Assembly (NCBI RefSeq): GCF_052425735.1
Contig: NC_135763.1
Location: 17,438,298 to 17,502,297, forward strand
Direction of reading: 5' to 3'
Source: Oculina patagonica
Lineage: Eukaryota
DNA: 64,000 bases
Below the pieces are notes generated by a model that was not told where the DNA came from, did not search any database, and saw only the letters and a list, made by a program, of their open reading frames with translations. Every line of letters begins with the position of its first letter. The first letter of the stretch is position 1. Made by a program: the position numbers and the translations under genes. Below are positions 47,880 to 60,344 of the stretch, piece by piece.

Positions 47880-47965
47880 TAATTTATTTAACTACGTATA
47901 TTTTTAAATCGTTTATTTATTTATTTGTTTACTTGTGTATTATTTACTTATTTATTTATTTATTT
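47880..47965. repeat. (ATTT)n microsatellite
   Basis: Read directly. Confidence 0.9.
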
Positions 47966-49840
47966 ATTTATTGCGACAATCACAATGGTGTGGTGATGTT
48001 CTGCGTATTTGCGTGCTATTTTATATAGATTGAAGAATCGTTGCCCTGAGGTATGCGTTATTTTTTAAATTTTTTGGATTATGTATACGAACTGTTCTTA
48101 AAAGATCTAACTGAAGCTACAAACGGCTAACATGGTGTCTTTCTACCGATGTAAACTTGCGATCAGATCAATTCATTTTTTCGCGATCTTATATTTAAGT
48201 ATTACGAGGGTAAAGAGTAAATTTTAACACGGAAGGGAACTTAAAGGTTAAGCCCGTATTGCCAGTGCCCTTGTGTTGTGTTCTTTGCAAGCGCATTCCC
48301 TTGTTTCTCATTTATAAATTCAGTTGTAACTAATTTGTTTGTTTGTTTGTTTTTTTCTATTAACGTGAAGTTTCCGTTAAAAGTAAGTTCCCTTATAATT
48401 ATACAAGAGTATTTCTTGGTTTCCTTGAAAGAAATGGTAATGTACACTTTGTTTCAAAATCCCTAGGAGTACCTTGGTCTGGCCGCAAATCTTACTCTGC
48501 TTACAAACTTAAAGTATAAGGTTACTCATCCAGTGCTGACAACACCCAATTAAACAGAGACAAGATCATGTTCATATGTGACTTTTATTTTCATCAAATA
48601 GAAGCTGGTTTTCCTTGTAACAGCTAGAGTATGGAGTGCGTGAATCTTACACAAATAAAAGCACGCACTGACCGTATTATGAACGAAAAATTTGGAATAC
48701 CGTACGGTATGAAGAAATTTTTAGCTCGTAATACGTTCAGCAAGTGTATTTATTTGCGCACAAATGCACGAAACATAATATTCTAACCCTTACGTTTACT
48801 AAAATACTAAAAATCTTGCGTTGATTCATTTAACAGTCGCTAAATAAGGCAAATTGAAATAAATAGTCATGAAAAAAATGTTTTCTGGCGTTGTAAAAGA
48901 GTATTTTGTCATGGAAGTTAAAAGTAAATAAAAATATGCCACATGGCCGTTTTTTTTTTGTTTTTTTGTTTGTCTGTTTTTTTTTTTTCAAAGTTTTGCA
49001 GTACCTTGTAATATTGAATTAGACTATTCCTTGGTACTTTTATTGCCTTTTGTGTCATTTAGTTACCTTCCTTATCTTGAAAAAATTGTATCTTCAGCAC
49101 AGTGCATTATTTTGATATTTAATGACTCGTGGAAAACCAACTTTCATTTGTTTTAGAATATAGTTAAGTTTGTTCGTCAGTTCATTCGTAAATCCATATC
49201 AATGTGAGTTTTCTTTCAGTTAATTTCTTGTTATATCACTTCTAGTTCACTCAGTGTGTAGCTTGGCTTTCTCAGTTGTTGTATAATGTCAAAATGTGGG
49301 ATTGATCCTGTTGAGAAAGAAAAAATAAAATTTGAGCGATCTAGAAAAGATGGACTGAGAGGAAAAGGATGCGTGTTTCTTTCTTCATTTGTTTTACATT
49401 GCCTTGTAGGTTTAAGAGGTCCTTTTTTTCTTTAAGCTAAGATATTCTGTTTCAGCCATTTCAAATTTCAATTTTAAGGTATTGATATTGTTTCGCGATT
49501 GCAGTCTGCGATGGGAACTAAATAAATTTAATCGTTTGGAGTGAATAAGATGGGTAGGGATTAGATACTGGAAGTAAACAATGGGTAGGGGTTAATAATT
49601 CCAGCCGGCAGAACATAGAGTTATGGGGTGTTTGACCTTACCTTTTAAGCGTGTACTTTTGAATCCTGAGGCAAGAACGAAGAACAATGGTAGCCAGACA
49701 TTTGTATCTACAATGTCTACAATGACGAATTATTTGATAATTAGCACTTTGTCCCTTTATGCACAACAGTAAATTAACGTCTCTCGTCATGGAATCGTTA
49801 CAAGTGTCGTTATTTGTAATGCATAACATAATAAAGCACA

Positions 49841-51574
49841 TCACATTTTGTACTCAGGAATGCATGACAATTTATTCCAGACAAAAAGGTGTACAATCTG
49901 TGAGATACTGCCAAATATGCGTGGTCTTTGTAGGCTTTTGCTTGCTTGGCGTACTAATTTTCGCAGGAATTATTTATAGTCTTTATACTGTGTGTTTCAT
50001 ATCTTACCGTTTGAGATGTAAAAAGAAGTGTTTTTCAGTGACTGTAAGGCGTCAGAAGGTTTGCTGATTTCTTTACCTCTCTCCTGAATAAATGAAAATA
50101 AAAAATGTTCTTACTTTTATACTTTTTGTACAGTTTCGTTATTCCTAATTTCATCATCTTGTTTTCTTTTCATCTAACACCATTTGGTTCTCAAATTATC
50201 CATCAGGGCACAATTTGCATGACTAACATTAATTTTCGCTTTTTTCTTCTCAGGTTGTCTGGTTTACGTTCACTTTATTTGTTTTCTGCACGTCATTTAC
50301 AATTTACGTTGAATGCGTTTGCCATGCATGTGCACTTCCAAGTTCCTTTTCCCCTCCTTCTCCCCCTCTCCCCGCTTCCATCAGTTTGTATTAATATCGT
50401 TAATTTATGATCATTAACTTACATGCTCAAAATATGCCACAACTTCGCTGTTAGCCCGGTCTTTTTCATGTGATGCTGTTATTCCACAGAAAAATGATTG
50501 CTTAGTTTTGTCAACGTGAATGATGTCAAAATGGCAACGAGGGAAATCTGTGGCGTTTTCAGGCGTGTGCCATACATCGTTTGATTTTATCGTCTGCAAA
50601 AAAAAGAACATAATTATTGTCAATAAAGGTTTCTAACCATTAGTTGTGTTACTGGTCTCTTTACTTTTGTTTGCGATCCAAGGGGGGGCTTGGGAAGATA
50701 TCAAAAGAGATATAGCGCTTTGTCGTATCTAGCGGTCAATGTTCTTGGTAAAAAACATTACTTCTAACACGGTCTATGCCATAGTTGTAAGTAATAAAGG
50801 AGATCCGTAAATTGACTGTCATTTCGGAGAAGCAAGCAAGGGATTAAAAAGCCATTTGACTGAAAGTATTTCTGGGGTGCCAACTAGAAAAAAAACCGTA
50901 TTAAAAAGATATCCAACCTAAGGGTGTTTCTATGCATACCTTCTCTTTGTTTCCTTTGATCTGCCATCCTGGTTCCAGAGCAGTAAACTCAATTCTGATG
51001 TCTTCATCACTGTTAGACACAAACAATCCAGCGAGAGCTGTCAGTAATCTGTTTCCCAGTTCTTCTTCTTTCTGGCAAACGTTCTGTTAAAAAAGAGAAA
51101 CAAATGTGTACGATGTTACTATTCGCAAAGCTCATCAGTAATGCTAATGTAGCTGAACAAAATTTTGAGAGCATTTGCGAATCACTGATTTCAGTTATAA
51201 TTCGTTACCTTAAAAGCTATTGTTGAATCATCTATAAGATAAACCCGAATTTTCCAGTCTTTTCCTTGTGTTGGTTTTTTTCCAAAGATCGCCATTTGCA
51301 TTCGTTTCTGGTCGTCATTTCCTGGAATTCCAAAAGCTGCAATTTCAATGTCTTCCTGCAGTGGTGGTAGAATCACTTCAATGTCGTTATGCTTCTCTTT
51401 TACTTTGTCTTTGGGGTAGACCTCGGTAACATTTCTCCAGCTTGTCTTTTGAGTCTTTCCTTTGCAGTGGCTCAGCAGTGGTCGGCATTTGACAGCAATA
51501 TTCCATGTGTTACCAGGAGCCCTCTTATCTTTTAAGCGTGTACTTTTGAATCCTGAGGCAAGAACGAAGAACAA
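49841..51574 (-). pseudogene. downstream duplicate (copy A) of the same gene's 3' part: partial exon 1 (51209-51574, truncated at the duplication junction) plus exons 51083-50940, 50593-50423, 50083-50008 and 49953-49841
   Basis: The exon-intron structure and splice sites are identical to copy B. The 5' part of exon 1 is replaced by copy-B 3'UTR sequence at the 51526/51527 junction. Confidence 0.55.
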
Positions 51575-51718
51575 TGGTAGCCAGACATTTGAATCTACAA
51601 TGACGAATTATTTGATAATTAGCACTTTGTCCCTTTATGCACAACAGTAAATTAACGTCTCTCGTCATGGAATCGTTACAAGTGTCGTTATTTGTAATGC
51701 ATAACATATTAAAGCACA

Positions 51719-51832
51719 TCACATTTTGTATTCAGGAATGCATGACAATTTAGTCCAGACAAAAAGGTGTACAATCTGTGAGATACCTGCCAAATATGCG
51801 TGGTCTTTGTAGGCTTATGCTTGCTTGGCGTA
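51719..51832 (-). CDS. unknown gene, copy B terminal exon (…IFGSISQIVHLFVWNKLSCIPEYKM*); the 3'UTR contains AATAAA
   Basis: Acceptor AAAATTAG, stop TGA at 51721-51719 (complement). The phase is consistent across all 5 exons. Confidence 0.45.
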
Positions 51833-51886
51833 CTAATTTTCGCAGGAATTATTTATAGTCTTTATACTGTGTGTTTCATATCTTAC

Positions 51887-51962
51887 CGTTTGAGATGTAA
51901 AAAGAAGTGTTTTTCAGTGACTGTAAGGCGTCAGAAGGTTTGCTGATTTCTTTACCTCTCTC
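51887..51962 (-). CDS. unknown gene, copy B exon 4
   Basis: Acceptor TTTTCATTTATTCAG, donor GTAAGA, 25 codons plus 1 nt. Confidence 0.45.
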
Positions 51963-52301
51963 CTGAATAAATGAAAATAAAAAATGTTCTTACTTTTATA
52001 CTTTTTGTACAGTTTCGTTATTCCTAATTTCATCATCTTGTTTTCTTTTCATCTAACACCATTTGGTTCTCAAATTATCCATCAGGGCACAATTTGCATG
52101 ACTAACATTAATTTTCGCTTTTTTCTTCTCAGGTTGTCTGGTTTACGTTCACTTTATTTGTTTTCTGCACGTCATTTACAATTTACGTTGAATGCGTTTG
52201 CCATGCATGTGCACTTCCAAGTTCCTTTTCCCCTCCTTCTCCCCCTCTCCCCGCTTCCATCAGTTTGTATTAATATCGTTAATTTATGATCATTAACTTA
52301 C

Positions 52302-52472
52302 ATGCTCAAAATATGCCACAACTTCGCTGTTAGCCCGGTCTTTTTCATGTGATGCTGTTATTCCACAGAAAAATGATTGCTTAGTTTTGTCAACGTGAAT
52401 GATGTCAAAATGGCAACGAGGGAAATCTGTGGCGTTTTCAGGCGTGTGCCATACATCGTTTGATTTTATCGT
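52302..52472 (-). CDS. unknown gene, copy B exon 3 (TIKSNDVWHTPENATDFPRCHFDIIHVDKTKQSFFCGITASHEKDRANSEVVAYFEH)
   Basis: Acceptor TTTTGCAG, donor GTAAGT, 57 codons. Confidence 0.6.
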
Positions 52473-52792
52473 CTGCAAAAAAAAAAGAACATAATTATTG
52501 TCAATAAAGGTTTCTAACCATTAGTTGTGTTACTGGTCTCTTTACTTTTGTTTGCGATCCAAGGGGGGCTTGGGAAGATATCAAAAGAGATATAGCGCTT
52601 TGTCGTATCTAGCGGTCAATGTTCTTGGTAAAAAACATTACTTCTAACACGGTCTATGCCATAGTTGTAAGTAATAAAGGAGATCCGTAAATTGACTGTC
52701 ATTTCGGAGAAGCAAGCAAGGGATTAAAAAGCCATTTGACTGAAAGAACCGTATTAAAAAGATATCCAACCTAAGGGTGTTTCTATGCATAC

Positions 52793-52936
52793 CTTCTCTT
52801 TGTTTCCTTTGATCTGCCATCCTGGTTCCAGAGCAGTAAACTCAATTCTGATGTCTTCATCACTGTTAGACACAAACAATCCAGCGAGAGCTGTCAGTAA
52901 TCTGTTTCCCAGTTCTTCTTCTTTCTGGCAAACGTT
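52793..52936 (-). CDS. unknown gene, copy B exon 2 (NVCQKEEELGNRLLTALAGLFVSNSDEDIRIEFTALEPGWQIKGNKEK)
   Basis: Acceptor TTTTTAACAG, donor GTATGC, 48 codons, phase 0. Confidence 0.6.
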
Positions 52937-53060
52937 CTGTTAAAAAGAGAAACAAATGTGTACGATGTTACTATTCGCAAAGCTCATCAGTAATGCTAAT
53001 GTAGCTGAACAAAATTTTGAGAGCATTTGCGAATCACTGATTTCAGTTATAATTCGTTAC

Positions 53061-53494
53061 CTTAAAAGCTATTGTTGAATCATCTATAAGATAAACCCGA
53101 ATTTTCCAGTCTCTTCCTTGTGTTGGTTTTTTTCCAAAGATCGCCATTTGCATTCGTTTCTGGTCGTCATTTCCTGGAATTCCAAAAGCTGCAATTTCAA
53201 TGTCTTCCTGCAGTGGTGGTAGAATCACTTCAATGTCGTTATGCTTCTCTTTTACTTTGGCTTTGGGGTAGACCTCGGTAATATTTCTCCAGCTTGTCTT
53301 TTGAGTCTTTCCTTTGCAGTGGCTCAGCAGTGGTCGGCATTTGACAGCAATATTCCATGTGTTACCAGGAGCCCTCAAACAACAATGCTCAATCAGAACA
53401 GGCGGAGGAGAGGTGCTTGGAGGGACTTTGTAGCAGCCGCTGACTTGATAGAGACTTGATTCGTGATCTTCATCGCTCGCTGTTTCTAATGCAG
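53061..53494 (-). CDS. unknown gene, upstream copy (B), first coding exon in the window (…SDEDHESSLYQVSGCYKVPPSTSPPPVLIEHCCLRAPGNTWNIAVKCRPLL…KIRVYLIDDSTIAFK); an earlier exon is expected beyond 53494
   Basis: Acceptor TTTTAAG at 53495-53501 (complement) and donor GTAACG at 53060-53055 (complement). There are 144 in-frame codons and no ATG, so this is an internal exon. Confidence 0.55.
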
Positions 53495-56400
53495 CTTAAA
53501 AGTAACAGCAATTCATTGTTACAATCCGTTCTTTATTATCGTACACCTATCTTTCCCAGCAGATTTGTAAGTCTGTTAGCACAACCCATCGCGTCAATGA
53601 AACGAAAGGAAGACAAAAAAATAACATCACTTTTTAACCAACTCAAAAAAGTAAGCAAGAAGGGATCGAGGAAAAAAATTGTTCGTGTTACAACTTCTTC
53701 TTCGTAATCATCCTAAGAATAACTCATTACTGTGAAGGTATTCAAAATAGAGGTGAACAAAAAGGAAGGACTGTTAATAAAATCGCTTTTATTATACTTC
53801 TGTTCCGCGATCCGTCCCAGGCGCATGCAATTTGCAATGGCTACTTAAATAGTGACTGGTTTGTTTATTTGTTTGTTGTTTGTTTGAAAGCTTTAAAAGC
53901 TCGACTGTTTTTTTTTATCGTTTCTTTTCTTACAGTTCGGAAAGATCGCCTAGAAAAATCCATACGAACTATGGTTGAAATGTATTTTGAGATAAAGTCA
54001 CTGAAAACAGGTTCACTTTGATCACAAAAATTCTTGTTTTTCTTACGAAAAATAGTAAAATAAAGTCAGCAATCCACATTTTTTTTGAAGTTGATTAATC
54101 GGAAAAGCGTACGATCACTTTCCCTTGAACCAGATACGTTGGGCATGCTGCAACAAGTTCTCAGTTACAAATTACCTGCCGGCAGCAAATTTGCTGATGC
54201 TTGCAAATTTAAAAATTGTCGACACTGACTTCGGTTTTGTAGAATATTGTATTTTAATGCCACAGCGTACGATAGCGAAATAAGAAAGAAATTTCCGCGA
54301 AGATGTTCATGCATTTAATTTTTTTTCCGAATTGCTGGGAAGTTTTTAATAGTCAAGCGAATCGCAGACAATTTTTTTTGAGGTTACACACTTATCCAAA
54401 CATAATATAAGCCATTTTGGATCATGTGGACCATGCATTTTTACAACTTATCGAGTCGGTTAATTCCGTTTGGTTTCCATTTTCCGGCGCCACCGATTTC
54501 CGGAGTGTCATGTAACGGACGTCTTGAATGTCACGACACAGTCTAGAAACAAGTGCGGAATTTTTTTAAGGAAACGCTTTACGGGTTCTTTTTAACGATG
54601 ATTAAAAATATAACAAATTTCTTAAATCAAGTTTTATGCAAGAAATTCCGTTTCATATTAATGTTTTTTTTCTCTTTTTGGTTTTCCTCGTTGATTTGGC
54701 TCTCCAGTCACTCAGTTTCATATCCAGTGTAACCTACTCTATGTAACTCTGAGACTTACCGGATTCCATGGAAATGGTTTGGTTTTAACTCCGTAGAGTG
54801 ACAGTAGCTTGCTTTGGTAGTATGCGCAGATAACTGTCCAGAACTGTGATCTAAATCATCTTTATATCGTTTGCGGATGACCTAAAATAGACATCACGAT
54901 CCAAATTTCGTCACCCTATCGACCTTCAAACAAACGCCTGCTTTGACGGAAGCGCTGATAATAATTGATGACCACTTAAAACCGACGAATTTCAGAAGGG
55001 GTTTTTCCCTTTGCTAGTCAAGATGTCCCGTGTTTTTGTTTCGCTTGACATTTACCTTGGTAAACAAAACAAAACAAAACAAATGCACGCTTGCTTAGGC
55101 ATGTTGTTTCAGTTTTCAATTTTAAGGAAATGAATCAAGAAAGACAAAATAACAATAAAAGACAGCTGAAATTTCATTCCTCGATTCAGTTCGGCAACAC
55201 TCTTCTTCTTTGGAATCAATTTACACAAGTATCTTAGCTTATAAGTATCTTTCAAATAGTATGTTTGCATTCTTTACACGCCTAAGGGGTTTTTCCCAAT
55301 GAAACAAAAACCCGCTTGTCAAGCAGATTGAGTGGATATAAATAATCCGCTGTTATGCAAATCAAACACCGGTCGGGGAATCCCCTACTTAGTGAGTGGG
55401 CAAATAAATGCACTTTCGAATTCTTTGTTACACGAGGGCTTTCTCCCGTTTACCTGTGTCACGAGATCTGTCAAACTCTTCCCCTTTACAGTTTCGAATT
55501 TTCCAGAGCCATCATATAAATGAGACTGAGACAAAAATAAATACATAGAAATAAATCGATAAGATATCAGTGAAACTTTCGTTTCTTTCGCGTAATAACA
55601 AAAGCCAGCGTTCAATAGCATAGGTTCTTACGTCATTAGCAAAAAGAACGAACGGTCTTGTGACTAAAAAATTCAATTTCTATCCGTCTTTGAATTATAA
55701 GTTTGCTTTAGCAGTACCAGCAAAGCAGACTAGACAGACTAGCCAAAGGCCTTTTCAAGCAAATAAAATTAGCTTGGAATACGTCTACAAGAAGGAGGCG
55801 GTAAGTACTTTAAGGATTTTTAAGACGCCTTTTCGATATTTCCTTTCAATTTCTTTCTCCTTTCAAGTTGTTTTCAAGCAGAGATTAGTGACGGCGTGGT
55901 CAATATTTATAGACAGAAAGGTGTTTATTTGCATCAAACTACGATTATACTGAGTATATTTTGAGTCGATTCTCCTTGGATTTTCTATGGAAATGCTGTC
56001 GCGTGGTCCCATGTCATTAGCGTGTTCACGCGATTAAAACATCAGTCACGCAATGTCAAGGGCATTTTGAAAGTGTGCACATTGCAAAATAACTCTAGTA
56101 ACGCATTCTGTCGAGTACTCCTTCCAAAGGGGCACAATTCGTCAGAATAATAACGAAACTTTGAGTCATTTGGCCCAAGATAACAGAATTTAGGTTTTGA
56201 AGCGGAAGGCTTTGATGAGTTATGCTTACTCAACATGAAGTCGAAAGGTGTTGTGTAATCAATATGCAAATCTGAAGGGAAAAACACCTTGCGTGATGAA
56301 CAATTTCCCGGCGGATGCGAAAACACATTTTATGACATCCTGAGCTAAAAGACCATTATCACGACTCAGTCTGTTATTAAATAATGATAAAGTTTTGAGT

Positions 56401-58138
56401 AAAAAATCACAATCGAGCAATAATAAAAGAAATGCTTCGATTAGCAAAACACGATTGAAGGGGATCCCCCTTGCCGGAACATAAGTGGTAAAAAGAAATG
56501 TGGTTGTAAAAATATGTACAATTCCATCTTTTTCAGATTTTTTTTATATACCTGGAAAGCAGGAAGATTCTAGAACATTGTCGACGGTTCTTGGTGCTAT
56601 AAGAAGAGGTGCTCTCGCAGCAAGGACAGTGTTCCTTTTGCACCAAACATACTGACAACATCAACACCAGAACAGAAAACAAAAACTCTATGGAAAGGAC
56701 ATGTAAGATTGAGTAGTCAACTTTAAATATGGTTCTACTTTTTTTACTGCTTTCTGTTAATGAAATCCTGTACTGTGCCACCATCCAAACGAAAGCTATT
56801 AAGAAGTGCTTTCATTTGCAACGGTTTGCTTTTCAGGATTATTTCAAATGAAATTTAGTTTCTTAAGCTCTTTTTTTAAGCCTGACATGTTTGGGATTGA
56901 AAGTTTTATTTTCCGCTGAAAACTAGATTTGACGTGTAAGTCCTTTATACGACCAATTGTTTTGTCAGAAAGAAGATGCATGTTATCTGGTAAAAGTGCT
57001 CCATAATTTCTGACCACCCAAATTATTATTCGTGTTATAATATGGCCGTCTGTAGCAAGGACTGGGAACTACTAAATTCATGAATTTAAATGGGAGCTAA
57101 TATCACAGTTCATATCAAGTTGTCACGCAATATTTTCAAGTGAAATCACGTGACATCGTACATGGCTATGACATGGCCGCCATGTTTAAAGAAGTTCACC
57201 CTGCATCCTGGCCGCAGTAATGACGAATAGCATCAACGGTAAAGCCAAGTTAGAAAACACTCCACGCACATGGCGGTCAACTTGAATAGTATTTTAACGA
57301 TTGCTTACGACATGTTAGGAGGTCTTCGTCTGTACATATTTGAGTGTACACGTGTGTCATGTAGACGTGAAAATGTTCAACAGTGTCTAGTTTAATAGTT
57401 GCATCGTGTGATCTTTATTTATGGGACGGTTTTTAGGACGACAATTTAAGAAGCAGCAATAAGGATAAGGGCAATGTACAGAGACTAAGTTCGTTCAGTA
57501 GAGTCACGGTTCGAAATGACAATAATTCAAATTTAAGAGATCTGTACAGACTTGTGAACGTATAGCGGGTGGTTATTCTGTAAGTAAGTAAAATTTCGAG
57601 TTTAAATTGGTGAGAATTAACACATTAAGGCTCAGCGAGATAAAATACAATTAAAAAAAACGATAAAGAACCAATCCCCGCTAAAAACTAACTATTGACT
57701 GATCACTAAATTGGCTGACTGATTTGAGTTGATTGACAAGAAGTTGATTGGCAGAGTCTGACTGACGGATAGAGAAAAATCTTTAAAGCCAGTCTATGTG
57801 AATCTCAAGTTAACAAAACTTTTCCTTACAAATGAAGGTGGGTCAACTGACAAAAGCCATTAAACGTGATAATTTTATGTACAAAAGAAGACGATGTACA
57901 AATGTCAGTACCTATTTCAAATTCTTACAGCATACCACTAAGGATATCTTGAGCATATCTTTTACGGTCATACCTGATGAATGATGGCTTGCATAAAAAC
58001 GTGCCTTACTATAGATGTTATGTCTTGTTTCCTGTGAAAAATCGGAAGACTACAAGACATTTGAAAGCTACAAGTACCTAGCTTGATTTTCCAAGGTGCA
58101 TCAACACACAGTAATATCTGTTGTATACTATGTTGCAG

Positions 58139-58330
58139 AAAATCATGTCAGAGGATATTCCACCTACGAAGCAACACCGCTACACAGATTTAGGCTGTGA
58201 GCACGACAAGTATTCTGTTGACATATACAGCTTCTTGCAGCCTGGCCAGCAGGAAGGAAATTGGTCACGTAAACAGCTCTTCCTGTACATAACAAGAGCT
58301 GTAGAAAACAACAGAAAGGTCTTCCTACAG
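58139..58330 (+). CDS. unknown + strand gene, internal exon (KIMSEDIPPTKQHRYTDLGCEHDKYSVDIYSFLQPGQQEGNWSRKQLFLYITRAVENNRKVFLQ)
   Basis: Acceptor TGTTGCAG at 58138, donor GTATTT at 58331, 64 codons. Confidence 0.55.
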
Positions 58331-58371
58331 GTATTTATTTCACTTACCATTACCATTACCATTACCATCGC

Positions 58372-58427
<56 letters not shown>

Positions 58428-58438
58428 CTGCCATCATG

Positions 58439-58511
<73 letters not shown>

Positions 58512-58522
58512 CTGCCATCATG

Positions 58523-58598
<76 letters not shown>

Positions 58599-58609
58599 CT
58601 GCCATCATG

Positions 58610-58658
<49 letters not shown>

Positions 58659-58712
58659 CTGCCATCATGATCATCATTATCATCATCATCATCATCCTCA
58701 TCATCATCATTA
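58372..58712. repeat. (ATC)n microsatellite organised as a higher-order repeat, with a CACTGCCATCATGATC punctuation every ~60-90 bp; it starts 40 bp after the exon donor at 58331
   Basis: Read directly. It explains the poly-Ile/Asp/Met ORFs at 58121, 58180 and 58340. Confidence 0.95.
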
Positions 58713-59367
58713 GAACAATTGAAACAGCAGGAATAACAAAGCGAGTGCATTAGTCAAGAGCTGGAGAATTCAACGAATTGGACAATTACCTTCATCATGT
58801 TTTGCTCGTTTCATCTTTTATTTATTATAAACTTCTAAAACAATCATCATAACGATCATTTTAACCTTCATTACTACTAAAGTCCTTCAAAAGTAATATA
58901 CGAAAACTGGACTTGTCATGTTCACTATAATTTATAATTTTCCCGTCTAGTGTTTAGTGATCAACTATTCATCGAAGTGGAGGTGGCTTTTGGTGAATAC
59001 TTACCGAGCCGCGAAGCGGCGAGGTAAATATCATTTACAATTTATAGCTCTTTTATATAGGGCGTATTTATTTGAAACCCACGCGTATAGCCGTCGCATT
59101 TGGTCGTTGGAATTTTTTTTTGTTTCGAGCTAAAAACAATAAAACATTCCAGCGAGCAAATGCGACCGTTACACGCGTATATTGCAATATAATTTGATTT
59201 GATATTTCCTATTTATCTGTCTGTCTATCTGTCTGTCTACTGAGAATTTCTTCGTAGCTCCCCATATTACAGTTTAATCTATATTTGTATTGAAATTAAT
59301 TTGGAAGAACGAATTTCGATGTTAGCCACGTAACATAACATGACAATGATTATTCGTTCGTTTCCAG

Positions 59368-59490
59368 GAAGAACACGCCAGATTGGGCATGATCAAAGTT
59401 TACTCGGACGGCTTCTGCTGGGGTAAAGAAGCACAGACAGGCATGCTAACTGCCCAGTTGGAAATGGGAGATTTCCTGGCAGTGAAAAAG
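59368..59490 (+). CDS. unknown + strand gene, exon (EEHARLGMIKVYSDGFCWGKEAQTGMLTAQLEMGDFLAVKK)
   Basis: Acceptor TTTCCAG at 59367, donor GTACAT at 59491, 41 codons. Confidence 0.6.
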
Positions 59491-59818
59491 GTACATTAAC
59501 GTTATGTTATTGTTAACGTACAGTTTCACTTGCTTACGTTTCCTTTAGCTCAGAAAATAACAAGATTTAAAGGGGTTATTACAATCGGATAGGATACAAA
59601 GGAAGCTGAACGACAAAAAAATATCTGTATTCGCCATGTGTAGTTGTTTTAAACAAGATTAATGAAATATTAGGCTTGATATAAGTTGGCGAAGCAGAAT
59701 AATTTCCTCTTTCTTCAACGAATTCTTTATCTTAACAAACACATTGAGTTGATAAAGTTTTAATCAGTTTTATTGACGGGTTGTGACTAATCGAATTCTA
59801 TACATCCAATGTCTGCAG

Positions 59819-59977
59819 GTGGAGAGGAGAAAGATAGATGAAATGAAACTTCCAGAAAAAATTACTTTCACTCTTCCACCTTGCGATGCATCTTCTATGA
59901 AAATTGTCACGAGACTGTTAAGCGATAGCCACAAAACCCTCTTGGAAACAGAACAGTTGAAGGTTGACTTGTCAACG
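59819..59977 (+). CDS. unknown + strand gene, exon (VERRKIDEMKLPEKITFTLPPCDASSMKIVTRLLSDSHKTLLETEQLKVDLST)
   Basis: Acceptor CTGCAG at 59818, donor GTAAGA at 59978, 53 codons. Confidence 0.6.
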
Positions 59978-60269
59978 GTAAGATATCAAAAAGAAATTTA
60001 TTCATTTATCTACCAACACAGTGAGCCCACAGACAACACTCAGTTGCTCAGTTTGCTTCACTCGTTCGTTCTTTTGTTCATTTATATTTTGTTCTTCTGT
60101 TTGTTGTAAAGTTTGTTTGTATCTTTGCTCGTTGGTTGGTTGGTTGGGTCTTTTGTTTGTTCTTTCGTATCTTCGTTGTCTTTTTTTTCTCGTTGTTCCT
60201 CGATCGTTCGTTCATTCGTTCGTTAATTCGTGTTTCTTTTGTTAAACCAACGAATTTTGTCATTTCCAG

Positions 60270-60344
60270 TTTCCCCAGATGGAGACCAAGCCAGCAGCCG
60301 AACATGAGCACTGGACAAATCCAGCCAGCGAGAATGAGTCCTGA
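60270..60344 (+). CDS. unknown + strand gene, terminal exon (FPQMETKPAAEHEHWTNPASENES*)
   Basis: Acceptor TTTCCAG at 60269, stop TGA at 60342-60344. Confidence 0.5.
   Translation, partial: FPQMETKPAAEHEHWTNPASENES

Larger units (their letters stand above)
49640..53376. repeat. tandem duplication of a 1.88-kb unit (unit 1 at 49640-51526, unit 2 at 51527-53376) at ~98-99% identity with small indels (9 bp, 27 bp, 1 bp)
   Basis: The ORF pairs at 49638/51525, 50105/51984, 50414/52293 and 51191/53043 are near-identical at offsets of 1852-1887. The junction CCAGGAGCCCT|CTTATCTTTTAAGCGTG lies at 51526/51527. Confidence 0.9.

Noticed and set aside
50105-50410. Duplicated 101-aa + strand ORF (also at 51984-52289)
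   Set aside because: It lies in an intron or 3' region of the minus-strand gene, is low-complexity and Phe/Leu-rich, and has no splice context. Its duplication is explained by the 1.88-kb tandem duplication.
53456-53707. 83-aa + strand ORF with a Lys-rich tail
   Set aside because: It overlaps, on the opposite strand, the first coding exon of the minus-strand gene, and it has no splice or promoter support.
55660-55800. Possible first exon of the 58139-60344 gene (…ISLEYVYKKEA|GTAAGT)
   Set aside because: The ORF-track start is a GTG, not an ATG. There is no in-frame ATG and no way to link it across 2.3 kb without transcript data.
58121-58753. Three overlapping long ORFs (poly-Ile, poly-Met, poly-Asp)
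   Set aside because: They are translations of the (ATC)n repeat in three frames. Only the first 64 codons of the + frame (58139-58330) are exonic, and those end at a GT donor.
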